Shown piece after piece: positions 8,175 through 17,800 of a DNA stretch of 29,099 nucleotides; the first letter of the stretch is position 1; each line of letters opens with the position of its first letter. Under the pieces are notes generated by a model, which was given only the letters and a program-made list of their open reading frames with translations, ran no database searches and was not told where the DNA came from. A program made the position numbers and the translations under genes. Source of the stretch: Flavobacteriales bacterium (GTDB lineage Bacteria > Bacteroidota > Bacteroidia > Palsa-965). The stretch is taken from the NCBI GenBank assembly GCA_040377305.1, contig JBEIPA010000043.1:1-29099 (forward strand), in the 5' to 3' direction.

Positions 8175-9407
8175 ATGTCTGTGCAAGAGAAAATTTCCCG
8201 TTCCGAAGAAATGATGTCGCTCGAAGCGAAGTATGGTGCACATAACTACCATCCTTTACCTGTGGTGCTTGAACGCGGAGAAGGTGTTTTTGTTTGGGAT
8301 GTTGATGGCAAGCGTTACTACGATTTTCTTTCTGCTTACTCAGCGGTTAACCAGGGACATTGTCACCCGAGAATTATCGCGGCACTTGTTCAGCAGGCTT
8401 CAAAGCTCACGTTGACGTCGCGCGCATTTCACAACGATTCACTGGGCGAATACGAGAAATTCATTACACAGTTTTTTGGGTACGATAAAGTCCTTCCAAT
8501 GAATACCGGTGTTGAAGCGGTTGAAACTGCAATCAAACTCGCGCGTCGTTGGGGATATGATGTTAAACAGATTCCTGCCAATCAGGCAAAGATTGTATTC
8601 GTTGAGGGCAATTTCCACGGAAGAACAATCTCGTCTATTTCTGCGTCAACTGATCCATCGAGCTATTCCGGTTTCGGTCCGCTCGTGCCAGGATATGTAA
8701 TCGTTGCTTACAACGACCTCAAAGCAATAGAGAATGCGTTCACTGATCCGAATGTGGCAGGAATTGTATTCGAACCTATTCAAGGTGAAGCGGGAGTTGT
8801 AGTGCCGGATGAAGGATATTTAAAAGGCATTCGTGCTTTGTGCGATAAGTATAACGTGCTCATGTGTGCCGATGAAGTTCAGACTGGTCTTGCACGCACA
8901 GGGAAAATGCTCGCGTGTGATCATGAGAATGTGCGTCCCGATGTTTTGATCCTCGGTAAAGCATTATCGGGTGGAGTTCTGCCCGTTTCTGCTGTGCTTG
9001 CTGACGATGAAATCATGCTAACTATTCAGCCGGGAGAACATGGTTCTACGTATGGTGGAAATCCGCTCGCATGTAAAGTCGCAATCGAAGCATTGAATGT
9101 GTTACGTGATGAGAAGCTTTCGGAAAACTCAGAACGACTCGGTGAAATTCTTCGGAAAGAACTTCGCAAGATTGATACCAAGCGCATTAAACTCGTTCGC
9201 GGTCGCGGATTGTTCAATGCAATTGTCATTGATGAAACCGACGGCGTTTCTGCCTGGGACATTTGCATGAAAATGAAAGACAATGGTCTTCTTGCAAAAC
9301 CTACTCACGGCGATATTATCCGCTTCGCACCTCCGCTGGTGATGAATGAAGAACAGTTGATGGAGTGTGTGGATATAATCCGCCGTTCTATACTTGCTTT
9401 TAATTAA
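8175..9407 (+). CDS. rocD: Ornithine--oxo-acid transaminase
   Basis: [57 protein letters not shown] lysine in [20 protein letters not shown]. Confidence 0.96.
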   Translation: MSVQEKISRSEEMMSLEAKYGAHNYHPLPVVLERGEGVFVWDVDGKRYYDFLSAYSAVNQGHCHPRIIAALVQQASKLTLTSRAFHNDSLGEYEKFITQFFGYDKVLPMNTGVEAVETAIKLARRWGYDVKQIPANQAKIVFVEGNFHGRTISSISASTDPSSYSGFGPLVPGYVIVAYNDLKAIENAFTDPNVAGIVFEPIQGEAGVVVPDEGYLKGIRALCDKYNVLMCADEVQTGLARTGKMLACDHENVRPDVLILGKALSGGVLPVSAVLADDEIMLTIQPGEHGSTYGGNPLACKVAIEALNVLRDEKLSENSERLGEILRKELRKIDTKRIKLVRGRGLFNAIVIDETDGVSAWDICMKMKDNGLLAKPTHGDIIRFAPPLVMNEEQLMECVDIIRRSILAFN

Positions 9408-9420
9408 TCAGAACTTCCTG

Positions 9421-11265
9421 GTGAGTTGTAATTTGTTCCGCTGCCTTCTTATTCCGTTGTTGCTGTTATGCGGTACTGTTGCCTCTGCACAAAAACAGGG
9501 ACAAGCGCTGATTGATTCCCTTGAGCAGGCCCTGCCCACTATGCAGGAGGATTCTAACAAAGTGAATGCTTTGAGTACGTTGGCATTTACTTACCGCCTT
9601 ACTAACGATACGCAGGCATTCCATTACGCTAATCAATGTCTGGACCTTGCACTAAAGCTCGGCGAATCTAAGGGGCTGGGCAAAGCTTATAACACGCTCG
9701 GGAATTGTAACAAGGCGATATCAGATTACCCTGAGGCGCTACGGTATTATTTTCTGGCTCTGGCTCAATTCGAAAAAGGCAATCTGCTGCGAGAAACAGC
9801 CATTGTACACATGAACATTGGTACGGTTTACCGACCAATGGGCTATACTGAGAAGGCACTTGCGGAGTACGATTCGGCTCTTGTGATTGCCATTCAACTG
9901 AAAGAAGAAAAGTTGCACGCACAGTTATTGGGCAACAAAGGTGTGATCTATTTTAGTCAGAAAAATTATAAGGAACAGCAGACTGTCAATTTGCAGGCTT
10001 TAGCAATTTTCAGAAAGATAGGAGATCGCAATAATGAAGCCTGGATACTCGACAACCTTGGTGATAGCTATGCAATTGATGATCCGGAAAAAGGGATAGC
10101 CTATCACAAAGAAGCTATTGCCATATATGATGAACTGAATAATCCGGCATACAAAGCCACCAGCCTGATGAATATTGGTGCGATTTATTTTGACATGGCG
10201 GAGCGAGACAGTTCGGCAAACCGTACTAAACTGTTGAACGAATCTATTTTAGTCCTGAAAGAAGCTGCATCCATTCTCGAGGAAATGGGCGATCTTGAAT
10301 ATCTTAAAGACGTATACCTGAGTTTATCAAATTCGCAGTCGCTTCTTGGAGAGCACGCTGAGGCGTTGCAGAGTTACCAGACTTACTCTCAGCTCAAAGA
10401 CAGTATTATTTCGGTTGAAGTGGAGGAAAGTATTGCAGAACTCGAAACGCAACGTGTAATCGAAGTGCAGGAACGCGAAATAGAAATTGAGCGTCTGAAG
10501 AAGAGAACAGAATATATCTACATATTTGGAGGGGTTGTAATCTTATTGATCATTATTGTTCTGGTAATCATCAGTAACAGGAAACAGCGGAGTCTGAATA
10601 AGATTATCAGTCTGGAGAAGGACAAATCTGAAAAGCTGTTGCACAATATTCTACCGGAAGCTGTTGCAGATGAGTTGAAGGCCAAAGGTCAGGCAGATGC
10701 AAAGCAGTTTGACCATGTGACCGTTATGTTTACTGATTTTAAAGGTTTCACTGCGATAGCGGAAAAACTTTCTCCGAAGGAACTTGTCAGTGAAATTGAT
10801 TTTTGTTTCCGGGAATTCGATCGCATCGTAGAAAAGTATGGGATCGAGAAGATCAAAACAATTGGTGATGCGTATATGGCTGTTGGTGGACTTCCTGTTG
10901 CAAATACAACCAATGCACATGATGTAGTGAACGCTGCATTGGAAATTCAGGAGTTCATGCGCAAGCTTTCAGAAGAGTGTGAACAAAAAGGGCAAACGGC
11001 TTTTCAGATACGAATCGGTATACATTCGGGACCTGTTGTTGCCGGAATTGTGGGGGTGAAGAAATTCGCCTATGATATTTGGGGTGATACCGTAAACACA
11101 GCTTCGCGGATGGAAAGCAGCGGTGAGGCAGGGCAAGTCAATATATCTGACTCTACATATACATTGGTGAAGGATCAATTCACATGTATTCATCGCGGTA
11201 AAATTCCGGCGAAGAATAAAGGAGAAATCGACATGTACTTTGTTCAGTCCAAAGTGAATTCATGA
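9421..11265 (+). CDS. Membrane-anchored class III adenylate cyclase with extracytoplasmic TPR sensor
   Basis: Signal peptide ASA|Q, TPRs (AYNTLGN, HMNIGTVY, LGNKGVIY, LMNIGAIY), one TM, SEKLLHNILP, VMFTDFKGFT, KIKTIGDAYM, YDIWGDTVNTASRMES. The K and D at the specificity positions indicate ATP. Start uncertain (9394/9421/9433). Confidence 0.92.
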   Translation: MSCNLFRCLLIPLLLLCGTVASAQKQGQALIDSLEQALPTMQEDSNKVNALSTLAFTYRLTNDTQAFHYANQCLDLALKLGESKGLGKAYNTLGNCNKAISDYPEALRYYFLALAQFEKGNLLRETAIVHMNIGTVYRPMGYTEKALAEYDSALVIAIQLKEEKLHAQLLGNKGVIYFSQKNYKEQQTVNLQALAIFRKIGDRNNEAWILDNLGDSYAIDDPEKGIAYHKEAIAIYDELNNPAYKATSLMNIGAIYFDMAERDSSANRTKLLNESILVLKEAASILEEMGDLEYLKDVYLSLSNSQSLLGEHAEALQSYQTYSQLKDSIISVEVEESIAELETQRVIEVQEREIEIERLKKRTEYIYIFGGVVILLIIIVLVIISNRKQRSLNKIISLEKDKSEKLLHNILPEAVADELKAKGQADAKQFDHVTVMFTDFKGFTAIAEKLSPKELVSEIDFCFREFDRIVEKYGIEKIKTIGDAYMAVGGLPVANTTNAHDVVNAALEIQEFMRKLSEECEQKGQTAFQIRIGIHSGPVVAGIVGVKKFAYDIWGDTVNTASRMESSGEAGQVNISDSTYTLVKDQFTCIHRGKIPAKNKGEIDMYFVQSKVNS

Positions 11266-12353
11266 AAAAACTTTTGACCTTTCTTGCCTTATGGCCGGCG
11301 CTTCTTTACGCTCAACTCGATCGTGTCCGAATGGATATGTCTGAGCTGGATTTTGTTAAAGCATTTCCTGAAGCCAGCCGCGAATACGAAGCAGAATCAT
11401 TCTGGTTAAATGCATGGGACACCATTGAAGGCACCGCCGGAAATTCAATGTGGAGAATTCTGGCGGATACCGTTACACAATACAATTTTCGCTCACCGAA
11501 AGTAAATGGACCTTCTTACCGTTTTCCTGATGTTGATTCGGTAAAAGTTCACAACATGCGGGTTAGCGCGAGACAACTTACACTGAAACTGAAAAAGTAT
11601 TATGGAGAACCTTCCGTTGTTCAGGAAAAGAAAATTGTAGTTGCCGCGTCCGAACCGGGGACAAATGATGGCGTAGTAACGTCGTTGGTGAGTACACATG
11701 ATGTTTACTTCGCGCAATGGAATTTTAGCGATGGAAGAATCATTTCCGTGATTGTCTCTGCTCAGGTTCCGTTGATTAAGTCCATAACACCGGCTCACGG
11801 AATTACAGCGGGAACTGAGACTTCTGAACAGTATGAATTTACCGTTACTGTTACCCGCAGTTCAACGGACTTACCCTGGAAATTTCAGGTAGGACGTGGT
11901 GTAACGGAAATGTCGCAGCGTAATCCACGCTTACAGGCTGTTGTTTCAAAATCGTTAGTGCACATCTATACGTTTCCGGATAAGGAATTGTCCGGCACTG
12001 CAGGGTGGAAGTTCGTGTTTCAGAAAAACACAATTATCAACATGCAGTATTACACGGCAAACGGTTTGTATTACGGCGACCAATCGACCGAAGGTTCATA
12101 CAGTCAGTGTAAGTATCGCGCTGAAAAATTAATAGCAGAAGGACAGAAATCATTGGGTAAACCAGACTCCATGTACAATGTAATGACGCCGGAGTACAAT
12201 CCATTCAACATGGAAACGAAGTACCAATATCCTTATCTCTATGCTGAATGGCGCCAAGCGGGCGGAACGATCTATCTGATTTTCGACGAGCTCGGAGGCG
12301 GTAAAGAAGGTGTGCGTTTTTCTGTACGCATCAACTATCCGGTTTTGAATTAG
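11262..12353 (+). CDS. Exported hypothetical protein, paralog 1, internally duplicated
   Basis: Signal peptide LYA|Q; ATGA overlap with the cyclase stop; alignable along its length with the next gene. Confidence 0.85.
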   Translation: MKKLLTFLALWPALLYAQLDRVRMDMSELDFVKAFPEASREYEAESFWLNAWDTIEGTAGNSMWRILADTVTQYNFRSPKVNGPSYRFPDVDSVKVHNMRVSARQLTLKLKKYYGEPSVVQEKKIVVAASEPGTNDGVVTSLVSTHDVYFAQWNFSDGRIISVIVSAQVPLIKSITPAHGITAGTETSEQYEFTVTVTRSSTDLPWKFQVGRGVTEMSQRNPRLQAVVSKSLVHIYTFPDKELSGTAGWKFVFQKNTIINMQYYTANGLYYGDQSTEGSYSQCKYRAEKLIAEGQKSLGKPDSMYNVMTPEYNPFNMETKYQYPYLYAEWRQAGGTIYLIFDELGGGKEGVRFSVRINYPVLN

Positions 12354-12382
12354 GCATGAAGGTTGATTTTACAAATCTATAC

Positions 12383-13429
12383 ATGCGAAAGTTCACCTTT
12401 CTATTTCTTCTGATTCCATTTGTGATGAGCGCGCAGCTTGATCGTATCAAAGTTGATATGGTCGAGAGTGAATTTGTGAAAGCTGTTCCAGAAGCGAAAC
12501 GTGACTATGATGCAGAATCGGGTTGGGTGAATAACACAGACTCTGTGGGCGGATTGAATGGAGAGAAACGATGGAAAATTTACAACGATACTGTTGTCGA
12601 ATACAACTTCCATACACAATACATTCAAGGCCCGTCAGAAGATTTTCCGAAAGTAGATTCAACTGATGTACATAAAATGCGAACGAGTGCGGAAAAAGTT
12701 TGCCGCAGTATGGAATTGGTACACGGCAAACCCAGTTTGTCCAGAAGCGTTTCGTTTACCGGGAGCAATCCGATGAACAATCCCATAATTTACATAGCTG
12801 AATGGAACACAGGACAGGGAATGCTGCGAGTTACAATTTCATCTTCGGTCAAACCCGTAAATAACATCAATGCTCCCCGGATCGTTTCGCCCCAAACCAC
12901 GAAGTACCAGTTGACTATTGTTGTAACGGATAGATCACTTCACAGCATGTTGAATTATTCGATCGGGCAACCTGCAACGGTCTTCTTTCTCAATAAAGAG
13001 TACCTGAGAGAAGAAGCCCTGTTCATGAACTATCATTATTATACAATTACCGATTCGTTAACCGCGCCGAATGCACGATGGAAGTTCACCTTTGCCAGTG
13101 ATAGTTTGATCGAGTTTAATTATCAAGCCTATTTCGGCATGAGTTACGGTTCCCGGAATGATTCAATTGCCCGTGCTGATGCGGAAGCGAAGACATTAGC
13201 CCTTATTTCTCAGGGACAAAAATCGTTTGGACTTCCAGACTCGTCGTTCAATAAAATCAAGGGTCCTTATCAGGCTCTTCCAAGAGTGAATAGTTATGAC
13301 AGGGGCTGGATCTACGCGCTGTGGCTGGAAGAAAGTGCATTTGCATTCTGTAGTTTAACTGAAACCGGTGGAGGGAAACACCCGGCTGCTACTTTTTTTG
13401 TCGGTGTAACTTACCTGAGCAAAAGATAA
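12383..13429 (+). CDS. Exported hypothetical protein, paralog 2, internally duplicated
   Basis: MRKFTFLFLLIPFVMSA|QLDRIKVDM; ATG 12383 gives the best signal peptide (the ORF opens at 12356). Confidence 0.85.
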   Translation: MRKFTFLFLLIPFVMSAQLDRIKVDMVESEFVKAVPEAKRDYDAESGWVNNTDSVGGLNGEKRWKIYNDTVVEYNFHTQYIQGPSEDFPKVDSTDVHKMRTSAEKVCRSMELVHGKPSLSRSVSFTGSNPMNNPIIYIAEWNTGQGMLRVTISSSVKPVNNINAPRIVSPQTTKYQLTIVVTDRSLHSMLNYSIGQPATVFFLNKEYLREEALFMNYHYYTITDSLTAPNARWKFTFASDSLIEFNYQAYFGMSYGSRNDSIARADAEAKTLALISQGQKSFGLPDSSFNKIKGPYQALPRVNSYDRGWIYALWLEESAFAFCSLTETGGGKHPAATFFVGVTYLSKR

Positions 13430-13483
13430 ATTGAGGGCGCACTTGCAAAGTTTAAATTAAACGGGAAAGTAACTATTCGGGCA

Positions 13484-14626
13484 CTAAAATTCCTTCGCTA
13501 CCATTTCCGCCACTTCTTCACCAGTCAGACTTCCCAGCGCAACGCCCATGCCACCCATCCGTACAGCGCAATGAACGCGATTCTGAATTTTCCGGACAAT
13601 TGGAGATTTGGTTTTTCCAACACCCATAGTTCCCGCCCAGCGCATATCCACCGTGTAATTTACTCCGGGTAGAATCATCGTTCGCAGTAATTCATCCAGA
13701 CGATCCTGCACAAGATTTGTCAACGCATGCTCAGTCGTCCTCTCCGCATTAAAGTCAAGATTTCGCCCACCTCCAAACAATACGCGGTTACCGATGTTTC
13801 GGAAGTAGAAATAACCTTTCTCGTAATGAAATGTGCCACGCAATTTCAAACCCGGAATTTCATGGGTCACCAACACCTGTGCTCTTGCTGGTTCCACATC
13901 TTCTAGCGGAAGCAATTGTTTCGCGAATCCATTGGTGCAGATGATGAGTTGCCTGCATTGAATGGTCATTCCGTTGCGCGTGTGAATTGATAACCCATTC
14001 TCTTCCTCTTCGAAACGAAGAATCTCCAGTCCATTCAGAATATTGATCCCAGCCGATTTCGCTTTATCAATTAAAGCACTCATCATTCTCCCGGTATCAA
14101 TCTGTCCTTCTCCGCAATTGTGAATCATGTGTTTTACCTGACCAAGACCGAATGAAGAAATCTTCCCGCTCGCATCTGCATACACGTCGTTCAGTCCGGT
14201 GATTGGTTTCAACTTCGCATTGAACCACGAAATTTTTTCAGCGCATTTCTCAAATTCTTCCGGGGAATCGAACACTTCGTAACCACCCAGCATTTCGAGT
14301 TTCATATTGGCATCGCCCACATTCTCCCGCAAACGCTTCAATCCTAAATACCGGTTCTCGACCAGCTTAAACACATCGTTTTCATTGATGTGAGTAAGAT
14401 CGTCCATCAGTTCAGTAAGACTTCCGAAACACGCAAATCCCGCATTTTTTGTACTTGCGCCCGATGGCAATGCACCTCTTTCAACCACTAGAATCTTAAG
14501 AGAAGGATTTTTGCTTTTCAGTGAAAGCGCAGCGTTGATCCCAACAATTCCGCTACCGGCAATTACCACATCAATCCCGTTCAGGTATTGATCACGTTCC
14601 CAAAAACTCAACAGAGAAACTGCCAT
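13484..14626 (-). CDS. FAD-dependent oxidoreductase, DAO/glycine oxidase/PuuB-like family
   Basis: DVVIAGSGIVG, VVERG..PSGASTKNAGF, IICTNG, YFYFR..GNRVLFGGGR, WAGTMG, MGGMGVALG. Confidence 0.88.
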   Translation of the reverse strand: MAVSLLSFWERDQYLNGIDVVIAGSGIVGINAALSLKSKNPSLKILVVERGALPSGASTKNAGFACFGSLTELMDDLTHINENDVFKLVENRYLGLKRLRENVGDANMKLEMLGGYEVFDSPEEFEKCAEKISWFNAKLKPITGLNDVYADASGKISSFGLGQVKHMIHNCGEGQIDTGRMMSALIDKAKSAGINILNGLEILRFEEEENGLSIHTRNGMTIQCRQLIICTNGFAKQLLPLEDVEPARAQVLVTHEIPGLKLRGTFHYEKGYFYFRNIGNRVLFGGGRNLDFNAERTTEHALTNLVQDRLDELLRTMILPGVNYTVDMRWAGTMGVGKTKSPIVRKIQNRVHCAVRMGGMGVALGSLTGEEVAEMVAKEF

Positions 14627-14633
14627 TGCGGAC

Positions 14634-14641
14634 CGAAAGTA
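14634..14641 (-). promoter_or_regulatory. -7 box variant TACTTTCG
   Basis: One mismatch to TAnnTTTG, 7 nt before ATG 14626. Confidence 0.5.
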
Positions 14642-14886
14642 CGGAATGGATTTGCCGGCTGGTAACTTGTTAATAATAGCGGGCTAAAAAACGGGTTACG
14701 GAAAAACCTCAAACTGCATTTTATCGTAAGAATTAGACGGGATTTTGTTCAACGCAACTGTGGCATGGAAAGTGCCTGATTGTCAAGGTCTCAAACCGTT
14801 GAGTTTTTATGTTTTTCGGGATTTTTGAGCGATATTTGCACTCCTGTTTCATGGAAAAAAGAGGAGCCGAAACCACCACCGTACGT

Positions 14887-17800
14887 ATGCCAACACTTTT
14901 TACATCCTTTTCGCGGATAGCAGCAGTATTTTGTCTGTTGCTAACAGTAGCGTTGCCGGTGAAACTATCTGCGCAAATTGCGGAACCAGTTGATTGGCGA
15001 TTCGAGTTTGGTGGTAAAGTCACCGAGTTCAATGAGAAGAAACAGAAGGACGTAGCGCTGGAAGGTGCAGTAATCACCCTGCTTAAAGGCGGCGTACAGG
15101 AACAGCAGGTTACAACGAACAGTAGCGGACGATTCAAGTTTTTGCTTGCACCGAACTTTGAATATACCGTAAACGTTACCAAGAACGGTTACATCACCAA
15201 GCGATTTGCAATTTCTACACACAACGTTCCAGTAGAACGAGGTGAAGGTCCGTTTTCACCCTATGATATTGAAGTTGGTTTGTTCAAGTTATTTCCTGGA
15301 CTGGATTACTCCTGCCTTGACAAACCGATTGCGAAAATCCTGTACACGCCGGTTGTTGAAGACTTTGATTACGACAAAGTATACACGGCTTCGATTCAAA
15401 AATGTGTTGATGATCTGAAACGTCTCGAAGCCGAAGCGCGCGCGAAGCAGAAATTGTATGATGCAGCCATTGAAGCAGCAGACAAACTTTTTGGTCAGTC
15501 GAACTGGCAAGGTGCAAAAGACAAGTACAATGAAGCACTCGTTTACCTTCCGAATGAGCAGTATCCCAAAGATCAAATCATCAAATGCGATGAGAAGATG
15601 GGCGCTTCTGCAAAGACGGAAGCAGATTACAAAGCAGCAATTGCAGAAGGAGACCGACTTTTTGCTGCTTCTGATTGGACAGGCGCAAAGGCGCAGTATC
15701 AGAAGGCGTCCGGTATAAAAGCCGGTGAGCAGTATCCCAAAGATCAGATTGTTAAATGCGATAACAACGCTGCTGCCGGTGCAAAGCGTGCTCAGTACGA
15801 TGCTGCTATCAAGGATGCGGACGCAAAATTTGCAGCGAAAGATTGGGCTGGAGCAAAAACGAAATACACCGAAGCTTCCGGATTGTTTCCAACTGAAGTA
15901 TATCCGAAGGATCAGATCAAAAAGTGCGATGACGAAATAGCGAAAGCAGGAAACAAGGCAAAGTACGATGCTGCAATTGCTGATGCAGATGCAAAATTCA
16001 AAGCGGCTGATTTCGCAAACGCAAAGACAAAATATCAGGAAGCTTCTGCGATCATTACTACTGAACAGTATCCGAAGGATCAAATTGTAAAGTGTGACGC
16101 TGAAATTGCAAAGCAAGGTCTGGACAAACAGTACAACGATGCTATTGCCGCTGCAGACGCGAAATTTAAGTCAGCTGATTTTGCAGGTGCGAAAGTGGAC
16201 TACCAGAAAGCGTCGGCACTAAAAACTGCTGAGCAATACCCGAAAGATCAGATTGTAAAATGCGACGCCGAGATTGCGAAAGCAGGATTGCAGAAGCAGT
16301 ATGATGCGGCCATTGCTGATGCAGATGCGAAGTTCAAGTCTTCCGATTGGTCTGGTGCGAAAGCGAAATACCAGGAAGCTTCCGCTTTGAAGACAGGCGA
16401 GCAATATCCGAAAGATCAGATCGTGAAGTGCGATGCTGAGATTGCTAAAGCTGGTCTCGACAAGACGTACAACGATGCAATTGCAGCTGCAGATGCGAAG
16501 TTCAAAGCTTCTGATTGGTCTGGTGCAAAAGCTGATTATCAGAAAGCATCTGCACTTAAAACAGCAGAGCAGTATCCGAAAGATCAGATCACGAAATGCG
16601 ACGCGGAGATTGCGAAAGCCGGACTCGATAAATCATACAATGACGCTATTGCGGCTGCTGATGCCAAATTCAAATCATCTGATTGGTCGGGTGCGAAAGC
16701 CGATTACCAGAAAGCTTCTGGTTTGAAAGTTGCGGAACAATATCCGAAAGATCAGATCGTGAAGTGCGATGCCGAGATTGCTAAGCAAGGACTCGACAAA
16801 TCGTACAATGATGCTGTTGCTGCTGCGGATGCTAAATTCAAAGCCAAAGATTACGCAGGTGCGAAGACGAAGTATCAGGAAGCATCTAATCTGAAGTCGG
16901 CAGAACAGTATCCGAAAGATCAGATTGTATTGTGCGATAAAGAACTTGCCGGACTCGATCTGCAGAACAAGTACACTGCAGCGATCAAAGATGCGGATGC
17001 AAAATTCAAGCTCTCCGATTGGACGGGAGCGAAGGCCAAGTACATGGAAGCTTCGGCACTGAAAGGTGAGGAGCAATATCCGAAAGATCAGGTTGTGAAG
17101 TGTGACGCAGAGATTGCGAAGAAGGGTGTACAGGAGCAATATGACGCGTTGATCAGAGACGCTGACACGAAATTCAAAGCAGCCGATTACACGAATGCAA
17201 AAGGTGTTTATCAGCAAGCATTGGATCTGAAATCTGCAGAAGCGTATCCAAAAGCACAGATTGTAAAATGCGATTCGGAAATTGCTAAGTTGGGTGTTCA
17301 GGCGCAATATGATGCGTTGATAAAGGACGCCGATTCCAAATTCGGTACTTCTGATTGGGCAGGTGCAAAAGCAAAATACCAGGAAGCATCTGCGTTGAAA
17401 ACTGCGGAAGCTTATCCGAAAACACAGATTACAAAGTGCGATGCGAATATGGCTTCTGATGCAAAAGCAGCGAAGTACACTAACCTGATTGCGAGTGCCG
17501 ATTCCAGCTTCAAACTGTCTGAATGGTCAAGCGCAAAGTCATTGTACCAGCAAGCATCTGCACTCAAAACTGCGGAACAGTATCCAAAAGATCAGATTGC
17601 GAAGTGTGATGCGGAAATTGCGAAAGTCGGAAAAGACAAACAGTACAATGATCTTATTTCAAAAGCAGATACAAAGTTCAGTGCATCTGATTGGGCAGGA
17701 GCGAAGGCGATTTACCTGCAGGCAACAGCTGTGAAAGCCGACGAACAGTATCCAAAAGATCAGGTTGCTAAATGCGACGCGAATGTCACTGCAGCAAAAG

